Of a DNA stretch of 64,000 bases, positions 8,477 to 15,515 are shown piece after piece. Origin of the DNA: an uncultured virus (IMG/VR IMGVR_UViG_3300029258_001230) (taxonomy: Duplodnaviria; Heunggongvirae; Uroviricota; Caudoviricetes); IMG/VR virus record IMGVR_UViG_3300029258_001230, one strand, 5' to 3'. The translations under genes were made by a program, and so were the position numbers. The notes beneath the pieces were generated by a model. That model did not search any database, had not been told where the DNA came from, and worked only from the letters and a program-made list of their open reading frames with translations. Numbering within the stretch: position 1 is the first letter of the stretch; each line of letters begins with the position of its first letter.

Positions 8477-9251
8477 GCCACAGTTTTATTAAAAAAAATA
8501 AAAAATAGAATTATGAAATATATGGGAAGTAAAAATAGGTTTGCAAAAGAATTGCTACCTATAATTTTAAAAGACAGAAAACCTAATCAATGGTATGTTG
8601 AGCCATTTGCAGGAGGTATGAATATTATTGATAAAGTAAATGGTAATAGAATTGCAAATGACAATAACAAGTATTTAATAGCCTTATGGAAAGGAATACA
8701 GACTAATGAAAGCAGACCAACCGAAATAAGCAAAGAATTTTATAGTGATGTAAGAGATTGTTTTAATGGTAAAAACTCTAAATATAATGACTTCACAATA
8801 GGTTGGGTTGGTTTTATGGGTAGTGCAAACGGACGTTTCTTTGAGGGTGGTTATAGCGGAAAGTCAAATACCAAAAACGGAATAGTAAGAGATTATATTG
8901 CAGAAAGTATTCGCAATATAGAAAAGCAAATACCAAACTTAAAAGATATTGATTTTAGATGTAATGATTATAGAGAATTAGAAATACCTAAAAACAGTAT
9001 TATATATTGTGATATACCTTATGAGGGAACTAAACAATACTCGACAAGTAAAGGCTTTAATCATAAGCATTTTTGGGATTGGGTAAGAAGTACTACACTT
9101 AAAGGACATAAAGTGTTTGTAAGCGAATACAAAGCACCGAATGACTTTGAATGTGTTTGGGAAAAACAAGCAAAAAGTAGTTTAAGTGCCAACGGTAAAA
9201 TTGGAGGTAATAAAGTAAGCACAGAGAAACTGTTTGTTTATTGTGGCTAAC
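8473..9251 (+). mobile_element. Gene cassette carrying a Dam-like methyltransferase
   Basis: GTTAGCCAC...GTGGCTAAC (9/9); gene stop lies inside the terminal TAAC. Confidence 0.75.
8513..9250 (+). CDS. D12-class (Dam-like) N6-adenine DNA methyltransferase
   Basis: MKYMGSK, YVEPFAGG (motif I), YCDIPY (DPPY-like motif IV); likely start is ATG at 8513. Confidence 0.9.
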   Translation: MKYMGSKNRFAKELLPIILKDRKPNQWYVEPFAGGMNIIDKVNGNRIANDNNKYLIALWKGIQTNESRPTEISKEFYSDVRDCFNGKNSKYNDFTIGWVGFMGSANGRFFEGGYSGKSNTKNGIVRDYIAESIRNIEKQIPNLKDIDFRCNDYRELEIPKNSIIYCDIPYEGTKQYSTSKGFNHKHFWDWVRSTTLKGHKVFVSEYKAPNDFECVWEKQAKSSLSANGKIGGNKVSTEKLFVYCG

Positions 9252-9328
9252 ACCGAAATAACCATCGTTCGCAGAATGATGAGTTATGGAGTGTTAAAGA
9301 GCGTTCCGAAGGAAATGCGAACTATTTT
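9248..9328 (+). repeat. Conserved attC-like double-hairpin repeat, copy 4
   Basis: TAACACCGAAATAACCATC...GATGAGTTATGGAGTGTTA plus GCGTTCCGAAGGAAATGCG. Confidence 0.9.
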
Positions 9329-9352
9329 AGAAATTTTAAAATTAAATATAAA

Positions 9353-9892
9353 ATGAACTGGAAAGATTATAAACAAGAAGCAAAAAGAACATGGGCTAAC
9401 TTTAGCGAGATCCATAAGATTGAAAACGGAGATTTAGACAGAAGAATGGCTTTACTTCACTGCGTATTAGGTATTGAAACTGAGATTAACGAGTACAAAA
9501 AAGCTATCATCAATAATGATGAAGTAAATGCAAAAGAAGAGATTGGTGATGCGTATTGGTATTTGGCTAATTACGAATTGAGGTTTGATATACCTATAAT
9601 GAGTAAGTCCGACCTCAAAGGAGGAAGTTTGGATGATTGTGTAGAAACTGTTTTAGATTTGAGTAAAAAAGTTGTTTTCTATAAAAGTGATAAGTTTTGG
9701 GGAGAAGTTGATTTATGTATGGGGTCTATTCTTTATTATTTAGAAGATGTTGTTATGTCCAGAAGATATGATAAAGCAAGTATTTTACAAACTAACATAA
9801 ATAAACTAAAGTCTAGGTTTCCGAATAAATTCACTACTAAAGATGCTGATGAAAGAGATTTAGACAATGAAAGAAAAATACTAGAGCAATGA
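9353..9892 (+). CDS. MazG-like nucleotide pyrophosphohydrolase
   Basis: YKQEAKRT, LGIETEINE, KEEIGDAYWY, NINKLKSRFPNKF. Confidence 0.85.
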   Translation: MNWKDYKQEAKRTWANFSEIHKIENGDLDRRMALLHCVLGIETEINEYKKAIINNDEVNAKEEIGDAYWYLANYELRFDIPIMSKSDLKGGSLDDCVETVLDLSKKVVFYKSDKFWGEVDLCMGSILYYLEDVVMSRRYDKASILQTNINKLKSRFPNKFTTKDADERDLDNERKILEQ

Positions 9893-10725
9893 GATTAATT
9901 TCACAAAGTTTAATCAAGTCATTGAACAAATACATTAATGGTAAGCAATGCGGTTTAAAATTAAAAGCTCAATACGTAGATGGTATTGAGTTTGAACCGT
10001 CTGACGCTATGCGTTTAGGTCAATGGTTTGAATATAAGTGTACGGGTCAGAAAACTAAATTCGGTCATACTCCAGTTCCCGACAGATTAAAACCCAAAAA
10101 GCTAACAAAAGCACAAAAAGAAGCAGGGTTGAAACAAGAAGATATAGTTGGAGAGCTATCAAAGAAGTATCAAGATGCTTTAATTCAGGTGGAAGCTTTC
10201 CATAAAATGCTTAAAGCAGAAAAACTAACTATCATATCCACGGGTACTAGATTGAAGGATGATGAGTTCGGAATAAGTGGAGATGTAGATATTGTAGCTC
10301 AGAGAGAGGGAGACGATAAGCTAATCTTTATTGATACAAAGTATTCAGGATTACTTGAAAATAAATATGATGATTTAGGATGGCACTATGACTCTTTAGA
10401 GTATAAGCATGATATAATGATCCAATCAGTACAATATAAGTTATTAGGTATTCAGAACTATGGTTATGAGCCTGATTTTTACTTCTGGGTATTTTCAAGC
10501 ACAAATCCAAATGCCAGAAAGAGCATAAAAGTAGAGGTCAGCGAGGATCGTTTTAAGACACATATCAAAGATGTTTTTCAAGCAAGAAAGATATTTGAAC
10601 AAAATTTAAAACACGGATTCAAACCGTACCCATCACCAGACGGATGTGCTTCATGTCCTTTGAAGGAGACTTGCGAACATTTTACAGAAGTGCCAATAGT
10701 TCACACAGTGTATTATGGAAATTAA
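9889..10725 (+). CDS. PD-(D/E)XK Cas4/RecB-like exonuclease
   Basis: ISGDVDIV...FIDTK, QSVQY, C-terminal CASCPLKETC. Confidence 0.8.
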   Translation: MRLISQSLIKSLNKYINGKQCGLKLKAQYVDGIEFEPSDAMRLGQWFEYKCTGQKTKFGHTPVPDRLKPKKLTKAQKEAGLKQEDIVGELSKKYQDALIQVEAFHKMLKAEKLTIISTGTRLKDDEFGISGDVDIVAQREGDDKLIFIDTKYSGLLENKYDDLGWHYDSLEYKHDIMIQSVQYKLLGIQNYGYEPDFYFWVFSSTNPNARKSIKVEVSEDRFKTHIKDVFQARKIFEQNLKHGFKPYPSPDGCASCPLKETCEHFTEVPIVHTVYYGN

Positions 10726-10740
10726 AAACACACAAACACA

Positions 10741-11424
10741 ATGAGAGATTTAAAAAAAATCAAAGAAGAAATAAAAGATATGGCTACTATGGATTTAGAT
10801 ACGGCTATGTCTTGTTTTTACGTCCTTATGGATAACGGCAAACCTTACACGGGAATATCTGTCAGGTTCTCTGAATTAGTTGCTTATTGTTGGGGAGGGT
10901 TGGAAATTGGAACTCGGATTATAAGTAATGACGGTAAAAATATAGTTGTTGGGGCTGAATTATTGGATAAGGAAAAGGATTCAAAGTATAGCTTGGAGCT
11001 TACTCGATCGGTGGTTGGAATAAATGGTAGACCAATTTCAGGAGAAAAACTAGTTAATATAAGCACAACGCTTAGTTCTATTGCTTACAGGAATATCGTT
11101 TTTAAAGCGATACCCTCAATGGTTCTAAAGAAAGTAACCGAAGAGATTCAGGAGTTTATCAAGGACAATATTTCAGATTCAACAGCAATGAAAGATTGTA
11201 TCGACTTCTTTGTTTCCAAAAACGTTTCTAAAAACAAGATTGCTTCAAAGTTAGGGTTAGACTCATTAAGTGATATTGATAGTGAAAAAGCTTTTAGACT
11301 TATCGGGATGAAAAACGCAGTCGAAAGTAATGATACTACCGTTCACGAGTTATTTGGAAAGGATAAAGGTGTTTTTGAAACAGATGACAGTTTAGAAATT
11401 CCAGAGTTTAATTACAAAAAATGA
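10741..11424 (+). CDS. putative single-strand annealing/recombination protein
   Basis: Adjacent to the exonuclease; GISVRFSE resembles the GPSIRLAE motif of phage recombination proteins. Confidence 0.5.
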   Translation: MRDLKKIKEEIKDMATMDLDTAMSCFYVLMDNGKPYTGISVRFSELVAYCWGGLEIGTRIISNDGKNIVVGAELLDKEKDSKYSLELTRSVVGINGRPISGEKLVNISTTLSSIAYRNIVFKAIPSMVLKKVTEEIQEFIKDNISDSTAMKDCIDFFVSKNVSKNKIASKLGLDSLSDIDSEKAFRLIGMKNAVESNDTTVHELFGKDKGVFETDDSLEIPEFNYKK

Positions 11425-11523
11425 TATAAACATCACCTTGTTAGCAAATTAGAATGAGTAGAAGTTGTTTTTTAGCTTCTACTTTTCTATTTTTAGAGGA
11501 CACAAACACAAAAAAGTAAAATT

Positions 11524-11859
11524 ATGAGCAAGTATTACAACACTACAAATGCCTACGGAGATTTATTGAAAGACTACGAAGCAAGAGCAATTAGTCAAGA
11601 CGAAGTGGTTATAGGGGTTTTTAGAATCTACAAAAAACCATTATCCCCATCAATGATTTTAGAGTTATCGGGAATGAATTGTCCTCTGACCTCGGTTAGA
11701 AGAAGTATGACTAATCTAACAAGAGAAGGAAAGTTGGAAAAGACAGACACTAAGGTTAATGGTATTTATGATAGACCAGAATATCTATGGAAACTTCTAA
11801 AGAAAAAGGTTGCTAAAAATAAAGGAAAAGAAATTCAAGGGAAATTAGATTTAAACTAG
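11524..11859 (+). CDS. winged-HTH DNA-binding protein
   Basis: LTSVRRSMTNLTREGKLEKT...YLWK. Confidence 0.65.
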   Translation: MSKYYNTTNAYGDLLKDYEARAISQDEVVIGVFRIYKKPLSPSMILELSGMNCPLTSVRRSMTNLTREGKLEKTDTKVNGIYDRPEYLWKLLKKKVAKNKGKEIQGKLDLN

Positions 11860-11863
11860 ACTT

Positions 11864-12082
11864 ATGCGTTTAAGTGATGAACAACTGAATTACCCTAGTA
11901 ACACAGGTTTTGTTTGTTGTGTGGTATTAGAGAAAATGGACTTGGGGTGGATGGAACTTGAGGATGGGTCTAAATGTATGCCTTACATTAAGGGTAGTTC
12001 GGATAGTGATATGTATCGAGTAAATAACTGCCCTTCTTGTGGTAAGTATGTACGTGATGCAGTAATTAAATTACAAAGATAA
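11864..12082 (+). CDS. small zinc-ribbon protein
   Basis: CC...NNCPSCG. Confidence 0.6.
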   Translation: MRLSDEQLNYPSNTGFVCCVVLEKMDLGWMELEDGSKCMPYIKGSSDSDMYRVNNCPSCGKYVRDAVIKLQR

Positions 12083-12103
12083 ATCGAAAAATCATTAAAT
12101 AAA

Positions 12104-12412
12104 ATGGAACAAGAAAAGATTAGATATAGTGACGTAATGGATTTAGGCTTTAAAGAAGAAATCGGCAATGATAGTACCTACTTTAAAAAATACGGTTTTG
12201 ATTACGCTATTATAACAAAGTACTTAACTAAGAAGATTTACCTTGACTGGGCTAAAGAAACGCAACTTTGTGAAATGGTAAGGATTGATAGCCCTAAAAA
12301 CTGCAATATAAAAGCCAAATTGCCAATACGGAACTTGGAGCATTTAAAAGAGGTAGTCAACTTCTTTTCTGATGAAGAGGTAAATGAAGTTGATTATACA
12401 AAGTTTGCTTAA
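12104..12412 (+). CDS. hypothetical protein
   Basis: 102-aa ORF. Confidence 0.7.
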   Translation: MEQEKIRYSDVMDLGFKEEIGNDSTYFKKYGFDYAIITKYLTKKIYLDWAKETQLCEMVRIDSPKNCNIKAKLPIRNLEHLKEVVNFFSDEEVNEVDYTKFA

Positions 12413-12456
12413 TAAAGGTAAAGCATAAGCGTAGTATAGATAGTAAAAATGAAAAT

Positions 12457-12774
12457 ATGCCAAAAATATTTGAGTATCTAGGAATAATCATTAGGTTTTA
12501 TTCCAATGAGCATGATCCTATTCATGTTCACGCCATTTATCAAGATGCAGAAGTCAAAATTTCTTTCTTTTTTAAAGAAGGTCGTCTTTACAGAACCACT
12601 TACAAAGTTGAAAAAGGGAAATTCCCCCCTGCAAAAATGAAAGCACTTAAAAAGTTCGTTTCTATTTACAATTTGAAAATTGTTCACAGATGGAACGAGT
12701 ATTTTATTTTTAAAGTAAGTCCAAAATTTGAAAAAATCACCAAAAAGTTGAGCAATGAAGATAGATACAATTAA
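12457..12774 (+). CDS. DUF4160-family protein (putative toxin)
   Basis: MPKIFEYLGIIIRFYSNEHDPIHVHA...WNEYF. Confidence 0.8.
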   Translation: MPKIFEYLGIIIRFYSNEHDPIHVHAIYQDAEVKISFFFKEGRLYRTTYKVEKGKFPPAKMKALKKFVSIYNLKIVHRWNEYFIFKVSPKFEKITKKLSNEDRYN

Positions 12775-13003
12775 ACACCTAAAAGACCATCAGTTAGAAT
12801 TAGGTTTTAGCGATGGAACGTCAAAGGTTATTGATCTAGGTAACTTCATAAAATCGAGTAACCATCCATTGATAAAGAAGTATGCTGATATTGAACTATT
12901 CAAGCAAGTATATTTAGATGAAACAGGCACTCCTTGTTGGGGGAACAATGAATTTGACATTAGTCCAAAAAGTATAATTAAAGGCGATTTTGATATTACT
13001 TAA
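12755..13003 (+). CDS. DUF2442-family protein (putative antitoxin)
   Basis: LELGFSDGTSKVIDL...FKQVYLDETGTPCWGNNEFDISP; overlaps the DUF4160 gene. Confidence 0.8.
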   Translation: MKIDTIKHLKDHQLELGFSDGTSKVIDLGNFIKSSNHPLIKKYADIELFKQVYLDETGTPCWGNNEFDISPKSIIKGDFDIT

Positions 13004-13126
13004 CGGATTATAATAAATACAGTAGCGATATGGAAGATGAAATAAAACAGATTTGCACAGAATTAAATGATGGACAAATAGCGGTTGTACAAGCAACAGA
13101 AAAGCTATTGGATTTATTTAATGTTA
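13001..13126 (+). repeat. attC-like hairpin with a long coding loop
   Basis: TAAC...AATAAATACAGTAGC...GCTATTGGATTTATT...GTTA. Confidence 0.7.
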
Positions 13127-13206
13127 GTAATTCAAAATGTAAATGGATGAAGATTAACGGAGTTTACAAAAAGGAATGTAAAATAAAATACACTGAAAAA
13201 GAATAA
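13030..13206 (+). CDS. small protein starting inside the attC-like loop (not in ORF track)
   Basis: MEDEIKQICTEL...KLLDLFNVSNSKC...EKE, 58 aa. Confidence 0.55.
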   Translation: MEDEIKQICTELNDGQIAVVQATEKLLDLFNVSNSKCKWMKINGVYKKECKIKYTEKE

Positions 13207-13213
13207 TTATTAC

Positions 13214-13272
13214 TAAAGGACGAGTATATGCGAAGTGCTGACGATAGGAAGCATTGCGTATATACATTGTTG
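13214..13272 (+). repeat. attC-like hairpin with degenerate left core (TAAA)
   Basis: GTATATGCGAAGTGCT...AGCATTGCGTATATAC...GTTG. Confidence 0.7.
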
Positions 13273-14213
13273 TACACTGTATGGCGACTTATTAGCACTA
13301 ACCTTCAATCAAAGCACTAAACAGAAAAACAAAAAGAAAAAAGCGATGGCAAAAATAAATTTAGACAAGTATTACACATCAAAAGAACTTGCAAAGCATT
13401 GTATTGATGTAGTAAATAAATTGGGATTAGAAATAACTGAAACCATTGAGCCAAGTGCAGGAAATGGAAGTTTTAGTTTACAGATACCGAATTGTATTGC
13501 GTATGATTTGGAACCTGAACACGAAAGTATTATTAAACAAGACTTTCTAAAACTTGAATTGCCTTATAAAAGTGGAAGGTTGTTTATTGGAAACCCCCCA
13601 TTTGGAACAAGGAATACATTAAGTGTACGATTTTACAAACAAGCAATTAGAATGGGTGATTATATTGCTTTTATACTACCTGTAAGCCAATATAAAAACA
13701 ACCAACAAATGTATGAGTTTGACTTAATTCATTCGGAAGTATTGCCACTGATTGAATATAGTGGAATTAAACTATTGTGTTGCTTTAATGTATATAAAAG
13801 ACCTGAGAATGGAGTGAATACAAAAGCAATAGATTATAAGCTAAAAGATGTATTTGTTGGCGAATATAGAAGAGGTGGAACTTATAAAAAACCTGAAACT
13901 TTTGATTTTGCTATGAACACCTATGGGGCAAGTATTGGGAAAGAAGTTCTTGAAATAGGGACATTTTGCCAAGAAAATTATGTGATTATTAAAAATGAAA
14001 TGCACCGAGAAAGGATTTTAGAAGTGATGAGAAAAACTGACTGGAAGAATTTATATCCGTTTATTTCTAAACCTAAAATACAGACTTGGAAGATTTATAA
14101 GTATTTAAAAGAACAAATACCTGAATTGAAATAAAGAATTGCGGTGGCTTTTTTTGTTTTTCCTTCACATAACTTTCAAACGAAGAACGAACCTAAGCCA
14201 TATTGTGTACAAC
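13269..14213 (+). mobile_element. Gene cassette carrying an N6-adenine methyltransferase; same ends as 4735-6115
   Basis: GTTGTACACTGTATGGCGACTTA...CTAAGCCATATTGTGTACAAC. Confidence 0.8.
13346..14134 (+). CDS. N6-adenine DNA methyltransferase
   Basis: DKYYTS, IEPSAGNGSF, IGNPPFG; likely start is ATG at 13346. Confidence 0.85.
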   Translation: MAKINLDKYYTSKELAKHCIDVVNKLGLEITETIEPSAGNGSFSLQIPNCIAYDLEPEHESIIKQDFLKLELPYKSGRLFIGNPPFGTRNTLSVRFYKQAIRMGDYIAFILPVSQYKNNQQMYEFDLIHSEVLPLIEYSGIKLLCCFNVYKRPENGVNTKAIDYKLKDVFVGEYRRGGTYKKPETFDFAMNTYGASIGKEVLEIGTFCQENYVIIKNEMHRERILEVMRKTDWKNLYPFISKPKIQTWKIYKYLKEQIPELK

Positions 14214-14294
14214 ACCGTTATAACCTCCGTGCGAAGTCATGGAGGGTTATGTGGTGTTATGAGCCGTTGCGTAGCTAATGGCGTTTTCTTTTTT
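14210..14294 (+). repeat. Conserved attC-like double-hairpin repeat, copy 5
   Basis: CAACACCGTTATAACCTCC...GGAGGGTTATGTGGTGTTA plus GCCGTTGCGTAGCTAATGGC and T-tract. Confidence 0.9.
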
Positions 14295-14310
14295 AAAATA
14301 CATATAGTTA

Positions 14311-14348
14311 AAAAGCCCCAATTACGAGCGTAAGAGGGGCTTTTCTTT
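14311..14348. terminator. probable bidirectional intrinsic terminator
   Basis: AAAAGCCCC...GGGGCTTTTCTTT between convergent transcription units. Confidence 0.6.
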
Positions 14349-14402
14349 GATCTTTCGATCCACACAAACACAATACGAAGAACTCGCATCGCTTCAAATA
14401 TA

Positions 14403-14963
14403 CTAAATTACTGTAAAATAACCTTTCTCTGGAATAGTGATGTTATCAACAATGAACCTGATTTGTTTAAGGTTGAAGTTATCCACTTCAACTGCTCCTT
14501 CTCCGAATGTTTGTCTAGCTTCTTGAATTAAAGCATCTTTAGTCCATCTACGTCCTAAAGCTTTCTTTCTAAAAGTGTCAATTGTATCGAAGTCAATTTT
14601 AGATTCTGATTGATCGGATTTACCTTCTCCTGTAAGGATATTAAGTCTATCGTACACGATTTTAGGAACTTCAAGATGGCTTCCACTATCTTCTACGAAA
14701 TCAACTTTAGATAAGTCGTTTGTTACGTAGTAAATGTGAAGAGGGTTCTTTCTTTCTCTTCCTGACTTTGTTTTAGTAATTACTTTTTCAGCTCTAACGG
14801 CTACTGATTGAGTCATTCCCTCAATTAAAGTATAAAGCTTAACTCCTCCAATTTCTTTTTCTAATTGGTTGATTACTTTTTTAATTGTAGCTGGTTTGTC
14901 ATTTTCATTGACTTTGATTAAAGGATACTTTTCAAGTTCCTTTTCCCATTCTGCATTTGGCAT
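14403..14963 (-). CDS. hypothetical protein, paralog of the C-terminal domain of 15516-17969
   Basis: KYPLI...TKSG...YY...VPKIVYDRLNI shared with 15516-17969. Confidence 0.75.
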   Translation of the reverse strand: MPNAEWEKELEKYPLIKVNENDKPATIKKVINQLEKEIGGVKLYTLIEGMTQSVAVRAEKVITKTKSGRERKNPLHIYYVTNDLSKVDFVEDSGSHLEVPKIVYDRLNILTGEGKSDQSESKIDFDTIDTFRKKALGRRWTKDALIQEARQTFGEGAVEVDNFNLKQIRFIVDNITIPEKGYFTVI

Positions 14964-15012
14964 AATTATATTGTTTATGATTAATAATGGTGCTAATTTA
15001 CAAAAAACAAAG

Positions 15013-15020
15013 TATTTTTG
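15013..15020 (+). promoter_or_regulatory. Bacteroidota -7 promoter element TAnnTTTG
   Basis: TATTTTTG about 30 nt upstream of ATG 15050; similar elements at 20328, 30570, 46192, 46932, 50767, 59294. Confidence 0.6.
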
Positions 15021-15049
15021 TATTGTAAAAGGTAATATATTAGGTGGTT

Positions 15050-15505
15050 ATGTCAAATAAGGTGATTACTCCGAAAACTGATAAAAGCGGATTGTATAAA
15101 CATGGTTACTACCATTCGGAAGGTGGTATTCAAGTTTTCGTTGATGGGGTTAAGGAAATAGAGGTTGAAAAAGACGAGTATAAGATATGCAGAGGGGCTT
15201 ATAATAGTGATAAGATTTATGACTTTAAAGGAAAGACTAACCTAGAGGTGTTAGATGCTTTATTTAAAGACGCTCAATGTACGTTTAAAACGGAGTATGC
15301 AGATAGTGGGGATTTTATACTTTGCCGTCCAGTAGTGTATGATCGAAAAAAACATAACCGAAAAGGAACAGTAAAAGAAATACTTAATCAAATGCAATCA
15401 GAGAAGTCTTGCAGGGTTGAGAATGGAGATGATTCTAAGTCAAAAGGCGGAGAGTTGACTAATAAAGGTTGGTTTAAAGGAATGCTTAGTTTTTTAAATT
15501 GGTAA
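15050..15505 (+). CDS. GxxHxxGG-domain protein with C-terminal FLNW tag
   Basis: GYYHSEGGI...EIEVEKDEY; ends KGGEL...KGWFKGMLSFLNW. Confidence 0.7.
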   Translation: MSNKVITPKTDKSGLYKHGYYHSEGGIQVFVDGVKEIEVEKDEYKICRGAYNSDKIYDFKGKTNLEVLDALFKDAQCTFKTEYADSGDFILCRPVVYDRKKHNRKGTVKEILNQMQSEKSCRVENGDDSKSKGGELTNKGWFKGMLSFLNW

Positions 15506-15515
15506 AAACAAAATT

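Noticed and set aside
8471..8512. Extended N-termini given by the ORF track for 8471, 13235 and 58577
   Set aside because: The extensions run through attC-like arms; ATGs at 8513, 13346 and 58613 match the family N-termini
9889..10725. Cas4-like gene as evidence of a CRISPR-Cas system
   Set aside because: No other cas genes or array; its position beside a putative annealing protein fits a phage recombination exonuclease
14139..14333. ORF 14139-14333 and similar short ORFs over repeats
   Set aside because: It overlaps the cassette end and repeat copy 5, and has a non-ATG start
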